Of a stretch of DNA of 64,000 bases, positions 56,007 through 64,000 are shown one piece after another. Within the stretch, counting starts at the first letter, position 1; each line of letters starts with the position of its first letter. Below the pieces are notes generated by a model, which was given only the letters and a program-made list of their open reading frames with translations, had not been told where the DNA came from and searched no databases. Location: positions 310,001 through 374,000 of the forward strand of contig NW_027191454.1 in the NCBI RefSeq assembly GCF_011745625.1, given 5' to 3'. The translations under genes and the position numbers were made by a program. The stretch comes from Cladosporium halotolerans (taxonomy: Eukaryota).

Positions 56007-59000
56007 TCAAGCGAGAAGCTCGAATGGGCCTGGAGTGAGACGACGCCTCTCATTAGTAAAAGTATCCTCAAGCACCCTTTGTATCGCTCTGTATTCGGCG
56101 ACAAATGCGTCGCGCAGGCTCAGAGTGAAAATTTTGTCGGTGTTGTAGTCGAGTAAAAGGTCGCCAAATGGCTCCAGGTTGAGTTCCCAGCCTCCTGCGG
56201 TTGCTGCGGCAATATCGGCGAGAGTTACTGGCGGCTGATTTATTGTGTACCTCCTGACCAGGCCGATATAATACTGTGAAGGTTGTCAGTCATCAACGGT
56301 GGCGGTAAATGACAGACGGCATGAGCATACCTCGAGTAACCTCACGTCCGCGTTAGGCCGGGGACTCAGGGCAAACAACGGCCATGTGGCGCTGAAAGGA
56401 CTACTGCCTCCCAGATGCGCGCTCGTACGATAGCCTACGACCAAATGTTCGTAGCCGTAGTTTTCCAAGATCTGAATGAACGCCCACTTTTGCTGCTCGG
56501 TGAAACCTACACAGGAAAGTGCGACGATAGCAAGTTCTTGCAAAAGAGCTGGGTTAATGTTGATGTCCGCGCCGAAACCCGTGTCGGCGGCATCGTCAAG
56601 GCGAAGGGTGAAAGCCAATTCAGCCAAGCAGGTACCCACAACGTCGAACATCCTCTTGCGGGTGATAAGAGCGACGTATTCTGGCTTAGACCAAGGATAC
56701 TTGTTCAAGGTGGAGATGATACACTCGTAAAGGCGATGGGGGGTTCGCTCGACGAACGCAGACTAAAACAGATGTCAGTATAATGCTTTAATTTGCCGGA
56801 AGGTGAAATGCTTACGCGAGCCGGTGTTTCCACAAACATGATCAGCATATTGAGCTCTTCCAGGCTGCAGAAACCCGAGAATCTAGGGATGAATTTTTCA
56901 TCGCTGTGCTCAGCGCGATTTTCGATCACCTGCGGGATGTTGTACGTCCACTGGACGTTGTACGCAAGAGGGAAGAGATTCTGCATGAGCTCCTCCTGAG
57001 AAGAGAGCCTGACCTCGACGATCCGGCGACCGATGCGAATCCCACGGCCCAGTCGCGCGTGAGCGTTCATGCGAGCGACCAGTGATTCGGCATTCTCCGT
57101 GTCATATATTTCGACAAAGCCGTCGCCTGTTCTTCCGGTGCTACGGTCCATGATGATATGCACGGCATGATACGATGTCCCTGCAGGCATCGTAACAACT
57201 CGAGTACGAAGCCCCACAGCGGCCAAGACCTCATTCTTTGTGGTGGTGAACGGGATGCCAACGAACCTTATGACGCCGTGGTTCTCCCTGGGAATGTTCT
57301 GAAAAGGGTTGTAAAAAGGCATTGACCGGTATGCCTCATTCAGGGTTGGGAGAGACCCCGATTCAAGCGCAAAGTACCACTCAGGAAGCGGCAATAACTG
57401 TACAGCGCGCAAATTCTGTGTCGATATAGCAGTTGTGCCTTGAAGCTGTTGGCTGTCCGCAGGAGCATCGTTGCGGCGGTTGCGACCAGAGCGCCCGACG
57501 CTGGACGGATTCCATCGAGAGTTATTGCGGCGACCTCGGCTCGGCGTCGAAAGGGTCGTGTTAGACCATCGACGGTTGCCACGGGCCTTGCGTGCTGTGA
57601 GCACACTCAAACTGAGAGAACCATTGTCGTCAAAGGAAGTCAAGGGAGTGGTAGCAGCTGCCTGAGGTGGCACCCAGTTGGCTGGTCTGGTGTTGCTGGG
57701 AAGAGGATTAGGCAGCACGTCACCAGGGTAATCGATATTTGGAAGGGTAAAAACTTGATAGTTGTTTGCTGGAGGGAGCTGAGCCTGTTCCTGGTGGCTG
57801 GGCCTATTTGCGTGTCCGGTGTTGCTATGGGTGTATCCCATCGCGTACCCGCCAGATGTTCCATTGGTGTTGCGATGAGCATAATCACCAGCACTCTCGC
57901 TTGCGTAGCCACTGAAGTTGCCGCTTGCGTTGTTGTGAAAAGGGCCATTTGAATGCCCGCCAGATGTCCCATTGATGGATGGATTCATGTCACTGCCGGC
58001 GCTGTTGTCGAATGAGCTACTGACGTGCCCGGAAGAGGTTCTATTGACGTATCCGTTCATGCTACTGCCGGCGCTATGGTGGAAAGAATTATACGCGTGT
58101 CTGAAGGTCATCCTGTTTGTGGACACACCCGAATAGCCGCGGGCACTGGCTTGGAGATACCCGTTTGCATTGCTGAGAGAATATCTGTTTGGCTGTCCAT
58201 TGTGGTAAGAGCTGGTACGGTTACCTAGAGAGTTGTTTGCGTGGCTGGGGAACGTTGCCTCTGCGTATCCATTCAAGTAGCCACCAGTACCGGTGGTCAA
58301 TGAACTGTTTGAGTGATCGAAGAAGCCACCATTAGGTAAGGCGTCCATGTGATTACCGACGCCACCCTGAGTGCGGCTCTGTGAATGAGCGCCTACGGTG
58401 GGATACCGGATGTGATCAGCGGCCTGACTGGCCTGGCTGTTAACACTATCATTGAGGTGGCTTGGAGAAAACCCATCAGTAATGTATGAAGAGCTTTCGT
58501 TGGTATAGCCATTCCCAGGGAGTTCCAGGTCATTCAATGAATGATCATCCAATGAAAAACCCGGTCGCAGTGGGCGAACTGGTATCGGTTGCGCAATGTT
58601 GAGGTGTGCAGGATGAAGGACCGGCGCTGCTGAATTATTTTCGATGCTGCCAAAGGACGATTCGTTCATATGAAGGCGACGAGGTAGAAGACGAGGTGTT
58701 GGAGGAATGTGATACCGCGTCGATGCTGACACTTCAGTGCCATCCGTGAACGGGTCTTCCACCGGTACGCTGTACTGAACGAATGCGGTAGAGCCGTTGA
58801 TCACGCTTGGAGGAAGTGCAACACCGCCTGCAGCGCTGATCTGAGAAGTCGAATTGCTAATGTCCGAAGCGCTTGACTCTGGGCGGATAGGCGCGTCGGC
58901 GATGGCGTGAAGTGGGGATTGAAGGCTGTCGGCTCTGAGTTCACAAGGTTAGTATATCAGTAACACAGTTCGGTGGAACTCGACTCACTGGCTGTGGTTG

Positions 59001-59041
59001 CCAAAGCCTTGCAGCTCATTCAATCCGCCGCTGGACGCCAT
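56007..59041 (-). CDS. RRM-domain protein with N/G/S/H/Y-rich repeat N-terminus, possibly SAD-7 family (exons 59041-58989, 58934-56816, 56762-56331, 56273-56007)
   Basis: GVIRFVGIPF (RNP2-like), VHIIMDRSTGRTGDGFVEI (RNP1-like), SSQEELMQNLFP, YECIISTLNKYPW; all junctions canonical and in frame. Confidence 0.8.
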
Positions 59042-59110
59042 GTCCGGTGCCTGCGAGAATGGTTAGCACTGTTAAGATCACTTGATCACTTCACAGCGGC
59101 AGTGGTCTCG

Positions 59111-59238
59111 TGGCTACCAACCTGCGGCGAGACGTCCGAAGGGAAACGGAGGTCTCAGCAGTGTTGGCGTGGTATCTTGGCAACCAAGCTGTGGCGAGAT
59201 GTCCAAAGGGAAATGGAGATCTCAACAGTGTTGGCGTG
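59111..59238. repeat. Direct repeat of two ~61-bp copies with 67-bp period in the RRM gene 5' leader
   Basis: Copies 59111-59171 and 59178-59238 differ at 8 positions by my manual alignment. Confidence 0.9.
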
Positions 59239-59926
59239 TTCTCAAGAAAGTCGAAGAGAAGAGAAGACATCGACTGACTTTGAGATGCCAGGTAAACGAA
59301 GCGCGCGACCCGACAAGGCCAATGCGCAGCTGAGTCTGCGAAAGGAAGGCGCGCCTTGTGGAGGAAGGAGTGTTCCGGTCAGGTTGCTATGTCGTGTGAA
59401 AGCCGCTTCAGACCTCACTCGTCAACAAGCTTATTCATCAATGCAAGATGCACAACGGGTAACGATTTGAAAGGAGTGGCATTCGGACTTTATACTCGTA
59501 GGCGTCGTCTTGTTGGTGAACTACGAAGATACGTCAGTCGTTCGGCTGGCGTCGATCGTTGTGGTTTGCTATCGGCACTGTTTTGCTACTACGCTGGCCG
59601 GCAAATCATAAGAGCGGGCGTACAGCAATAGGGCTCCGAGCGCATACAGCCTCCCTCTGAAAGCATGAGTCGACGCTGTATGAGCTTTCACTTGACCTCA
59701 GACATAAGACAATTGGGCAAGATGGACCTTACAATGTGAATCGGGGAGACGGCCGGGCTTCTTCAATATTTGACGAAGTACTAATATCAAGCTTCCTACG
59801 AACAGTAGCTTTTTGCGATTTACTGGGCTTTTGTCTGGCCTGCTCAGATGACCGCGGGCTACAGTGTTGCGCAATCGTATCGGGACTTGCTGAAACTGGT
59901 CCTGGTTCTCATCATCAATAGCTGCC

Positions 59927-60591
59927 TCAGTCAAACTGTCACATGTCAGCATCCCGCTCCTTATACGTGAATTGATAGGATTACCGGTGTCAGGAAGCTC
60001 TCGGCTACGAAACGTGCCCTCGCGTTCAGGAAGAGCTTCATCTCCGAGATCTCCTTGTCGACATCCTCCATGAACTGGATGATGAAGTCGACTAGCTTGT
60101 GCTTGAGCATTTCCTCAGTGTGGAAGTTTGTGATCAGGAAAGAGATGTCGTAGCCCTACCACATGTTAGCCATCGCCTGTATCACGTATCGATTGCTGCC
60201 TTGTAGCCTACATCAATGGGCTTCCTCCTCAGAATGAAGAATGGCTCCGCTCTTTGGGTCAAGAACCTTGTGAATTTGTGAACCAGGATATTCTCAATCT
60301 CGTCTGCCTGTTTTATCCTTATGCTGACACGCACGCTGTTTACGGAGGGTTCGATGAGGACACGCTCTTCTTGGTTGCGGGATACTGTTAACGGATTGAG
60401 GATGAGCTCAGGCGAGGTTCGTGCTTCAATCTCGGGAACATTGTGTCTTTCGCTTGCTTGCGAGGCGAAGTTTGAGAGCGAGAGAGCGGCCGTGAGCGTG
60501 CTGCGAACGCATGAGAGGTAAGGTCGAAGTGATTGAGACTGGAGGGGGATTAGCGGGGCAATGCTATGCGCGAACCGCTTTTGCGAACCAT
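59927..60591 (-). CDS. ARPC4: Arp2/3 complex 20 kDa subunit (exons 60591-60589, 60538-60212, 60155-59985, 59935-59927)
   Basis: [72 protein letters not shown]-only first exon and 9-nt last exon. Confidence 0.95.
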
Positions 60592-60966
60592 TGCGGGCAA
60601 TCGGAGCTACTTCGCTAGTGCATGCGGCAGGATGTGCCTCCGATGTCAACAGGGAATTGTAAAACCAAGTCCAAGGCAATTGTAATCTGTTGCTTTCAGT
60701 TGCCAGAGTTGCGTCTTTAAGCTCCGGTCCCGCTGTCCAGAGACGGCTGACGTCTCAGCATGGTTGTGCCAAGCATCCAGCCCAGTGGATCCCGCGTCAG
60801 GCAGCGTGATGCGAGCCTCAAAGCCCCAAGCTCTCATCAAGGAAGAATGCAACTACAGTCCCTCAGTACCCTTCATCGGACAAAAGCGCCATTGCGATTT
60901 GCTATCTTGAAAAACTATGTCGCGTCTCATGGTTCGACCAGATAAGTAAATTCAATGAGATGGTAG

Positions 60967-63900
60967 ATGGGCAGACCGGACATCCGGCGCTTGGACGCGT
61001 CCAATGGCGCCACTAAAACCGCGCGACTCGCCTCAAATCAATCATATGCCGCCTACGCTCAAGGCCACTCGATACTCGTGGCAAGACTCGACTCTGACTG
61101 TACCTTCGAAAAACGGTGTGCTTCATTGCGGCCTGATGTATTTGGAAAGGGCCCTGTGTTGGCATTTTCCCCTTTAAGAGCGAATCTACTTTCCATCTCA
61201 GGGGGGAGCAGGACCACGATTTGGGACATCAGCGCTGACTCACAAATCTGTACCATCCATGGAAGTGGGAGGTCAATCACCGCCTCGGCGTGGGCGAGCC
61301 ACGATCCCGATATCTTGGCTCTTGGGCACGTGGACGGTCACATCAGTATCTGGCATTTGCGGCGCCTCAGTCAGCCACAGTGTCTGCTATTTACCGGTAC
61401 TCCACATTGCTATTTGTTGTCATGGTGCAGCACAAATCCGCCGATGCTAGCTGCATGCAACGGCCAGAGTATCAGCGTTTGGGACGCAAGTATGAACATG
61501 AAGCTTGTTGCGACGAGTGATCGCTTCGACGATCCAGTGCGATCTCTCTCTTGGCGGCAGCACTCGCGCAACAATTTCCTGGCTGTGACTGCAAGAGGTC
61601 GAGTCGACGAGTATGAAGGTAGCGATTCTGCAGGTGTTGAAGTCACAGCTCCAGACGACAGTCTCGATGACGGACTATTTGGTGACCTGGATGGCTTACT
61701 TCCAAGACACCTGAAGCTTTCGGAGTCTGTCAAAGTGGATCCTCCATCCTACTTGCTTGCTTTTGGCGAAACTGCGATCATGATTTTAGACCAATCTGCT
61801 CGATACCTGCGGTTGTTCAAAGACCTACGATCGACCGGAAACGATAGCTCGATCTGGGAGTACGAGTTGTCGAACCCGGCTGAATCCCTCACTCTGATTC
61901 TTGGAGTAGATACCATCAACGTGATGGCTATCAGTCGCCGCAAAGTAGAATGCATTGTCATTCCTAGTGAAGTTGTTCGCCAGCTTGGCGACACGACTTG
62001 CCCTATGCTCAGCGAAAAAACAAACGAGGTGGCTGGCTTGCGCTCCATGACACAGCAAGATGATGAATTTCCATTTAATGGAGCATTCCAGACTTCGACT
62101 GGAGAAGGCCAGTCTGTGAACACTAGAGGCCAGCCAGGTTCTGTCAACCCATGGACAAGTCAGAAGCCGTCAAAAACAATGTATCCGCTCCTTATGTCGG
62201 TCGCACTACCGGGCAAAGAGAAACGTTCGAAGAAACGTAAAAGTGCTCACAAAAGGCTGCGCTATTCACCACGCAGCCGCCCCACAACAAGCACTTCAGA
62301 CCATTCCGCGTCCACGGCCCTCCCGATAGCCCCGCCTGTCGAGGCAATGACTTCTAGCTTGGAGCTTCCGAAACCCATCGGCGAAGAGTCGTCTATGCCT
62401 TTCCTATCGCCAACAATTCCCTCACGAGGGCCGTCACCATCCACATTCCCAGCTTTAGGCGATGACATACTTCTACCTCCCCCAGAAACTGAGTCGTTTG
62501 GGTCATTGCCTTCCACAGCTATGAATGATAGTGATTCAGATGAAGAAACATTCGACGGCGATGCGCTCAAAGGGAGCGGTACGCTAATGATGCCTGGAGG
62601 TGCCAACGTCCCACTCCCAAAGTCCTGCGGTGCATTCTTCTCTCCGAGCGGACGGCTGATAACCTATTTCCCTCCAAAGCCTCGGATGAAGTCAGCAAAC
62701 ATGAATGGGCTCTCGCCAGATGACCCAGAAGAGCGTTCCACGAAAGCTTCGCGGCTGTTTCCTCTTTTTGGAAACCTTGCTATTGAAGAGCATGATTATG
62801 AAGATTCGGAGACTGACAGTGTGAGCTCGCGAGAGGACGCTTCACATAATACTGACTACAAGTCTGGCCTGTTCGACCTTTCGAACCCGAGCGATCGATC
62901 TTGGCCTGAAAGACTGGCGCCGATGCGAAACCTGGCGCATTCTGGTCATGACCAACCTACAGTCATTGTCAGTATTCGCAATGTCAATGATCTGATTCAT
63001 TTCAAACCTGAGATGGCCCACGATTATCAGGTCACTTGCGACTCAGAGCAGGCCGCAGTAGATTCGTCAATGGCGAACGCTGAAATTGCGCGAGATATCG
63101 GCTTAGACGATGTCGCCAATATCTGGAGCCTCTTGTCCGTACTTGTCCAGACCAGCGACAACTCCGTGGTCTCATCGCCCAAAGTCCACAGCATTGGAAA
63201 TTTGCCAAGAATTTCGACAACTCCGCCAGAGGCAAACAGTAAGAGGAGAGCTTCAACCCGAGTGGTATCTTCAGTGCATGATGTCAAGCTCATCGACATT
63301 GATATCCCCACCATCGCTCGACAGGCCAATCATTCTCTGCGCAGTCGCTCGCAATCAACGCTCGACTACTCAAGGAAAGAAGCCAGCGCCTTCGTCGGCT
63401 CAATGAGAAACCGATCAAGACTAGGTGCTTCTTGGTTGGTCAGCCAGATTTTTGCATGGACAGAAATGCGTGCAGATATCCAGATGCTGGCAAGTTTATC
63501 CGCCGTGCTGCTCTCTTCAGCACAGCCATTCGGTCGTACGAGTACTGCGTCGTTCAACGCACGCTCGTCTCTGCATGCTTCCGACTACTTCACTGATGGC
63601 TCCACTCATCAGGCACAAGCTTTGAGTCGAACAGCGCCCGTACTGCAAGCCGACTCAAGAACAGGGAGCTTTGTAAATCAATCGCCAGCGAAACCGCCAC
63701 AGGGTTCACACGTATCTTCCCGGAACGCATCGCAACCAGCAACGCCTTACATCGAGTCCCTCTCCAGCACACCGCCTTTTCCGTTTCCCAAACTATCTCG
63801 ACAAGGGTCGCGCTTGTCGGCATCCGGTTCCGCCAGCCCTGAGCATCACCGCAGCAGTTTCGGTGCGGCCGCGAAGTATTACGCCCAAAGCATTACCGAC

Positions 63901-64000
63901 AAGATCTCGTCCTACGGCACCTCTCCTCCTGCCAGGAGGTTCGGCACGAGCCCCAACAATGAGCTTTCGTCCAGCCTCCCTGGTGGCAGCTGGAGTAAAT
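60967..64000 (+). CDS. Divergent WD40 protein related to WDR59/Mtc5/Sea3 (SEACAT/GATOR2); truncated by the window end
   Basis: Long reading frame from ATG 60967, absent from the ORF track presumably because it has no stop in the window. WD-like repeats (TTIWD, ISIWH, ISVWD), ANVPLPKSCGAFFSPSGRLITYFP, and WLVSQIFAWTEMRADIQMLASLSAVL. Confidence 0.7.
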   Translation, partial: MGRPDIRRLDASNGATKTARLASNQSYAAYAQGHSILVARLDSDCTFEKRCASLRPDVFGKGPVLAFSPLRANLLSISGGSRTTIWDISADSQICTIHGSGRSITASAWASHDPDILALGHVDGHISIWHLRRLSQPQCLLFTGTPHCYLLSWCSTNPPMLAACNGQSISVWDASMNMKLVATSDRFDDPVRSLSWRQHSRNNFLAVTARGRVDEYEGSDSAGVEVTAPDDSLDDGLFGDLDGLLPRHLKLSESVKVDPPSYLLAFGETAIMILDQSARYLRLFKDLRSTGNDSSIWEYELSNPAESLTLILGVDTINVMAISRRKVECIVIPSEVVRQLGDTTCPMLSEKTNEVAGLRSMTQQDDEFPFNGAFQTSTGEGQSVNTRGQPGSVNPWTSQKPSKTMYPLLMSVALPGKEKRSKKRKSAHKRLRYSPRSRPTTSTSDHSASTALPIAPPVEAMTSSLELPKPIGEESSMPFLSPTIPSRGPSPSTFPALGDDILLPPPETESFGSLPSTAMNDSDSDEETFDGDALKGSGTLMMPGGANVPLPKSCGAFFSPSGRLITYFPPKPRMKSANMNGLSPDDPEERSTKASRLFPLFGNLAIEEHDYEDSETDSVSSREDASHNTDYKSGLFDLSNPSDRSWPERLAPMRNLAHSGHDQPTVIVSIRNVNDLIHFKPEMAHDYQVTCDSEQAAVDSSMANAEIARDIGLDDVANIWSLLSVLVQTSDNSVVSSPKVHSIGNLPRISTTPPEANSKRRASTRVVSSVHDVKLIDIDIPTIARQANHSLRSRSQSTLDYSRKEASAFVGSMRNRSRLGASWLVSQIFAWTEMRADIQMLASLSAVLLSSAQPFGRTSTASFNARSSLHASDYFTDGSTHQAQALSRTAPVLQADSRTGSFVNQSPAKPPQGSHVSSRNASQPATPYIESLSSTPPFPFPKLSRQGSRLSASGSASPEHHRSSFGAAAKYYAQSITDKISSYGTSPPARRFGTSPNNELSSSLPGGSWSK

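Noticed and set aside
1..64000. tRNA, rRNA, CRISPR arrays, transposons and secondary-metabolite backbone genes
   Set aside because: I saw no cloverleaf signatures, repeat-spacer arrays, transposase or RT motifs, LTR/TIR pairs, or PKS/NRPS domains. Small ncRNAs could have been missed by eye.

Overview
Gene-dense, GC-rich eukaryotic DNA from a filamentous ascomycete (Pezizomycotina; Dothideomycete-like is an inference), with short GT..AG introns carrying CTRAC branch sites. I can support about 26 protein-coding genes, mostly housekeeping: GCV3, POL12, a CRAL-TRIO protein, DUR3, MIP1, HNT3, RSM24, ALG13, MED1, GLN1, RPL24, PLD, GDPD, ERO1, DPP5, ARPC4 and a WDR59/MTC5-like gene running off the right edge. 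I see no tRNA, rRNA, CRISPR array or intact transposon. There is one 10-N scaffold gap, which produces an artefactual frameshift. The most interesting observations are: (1) a hidden set of three upstream micro-exons that gives the Pro-rich vWA (RfeF-like) gene two alternative, mutually similar N-termini; (2) an RRM protein, resembling the MSUD factor SAD-7 from memory, with a long 12-aa Asn/Gly/Tyr/His repeat array and a duplicated 5' leader; (3) recurring ~1 kb strand-symmetric C/A-rich | GC core | G/T-rich modules that ignore gene orientation; (4) divergent gene pairs with plausible shared function (lactamase + MATE, and PLD + secreted GDPD with a PHO box); (5) a WDR59-like protein that appears to lack the RWD domain. 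All exon models were derived by hand and all family assignments come from motif recognition, not database searches.
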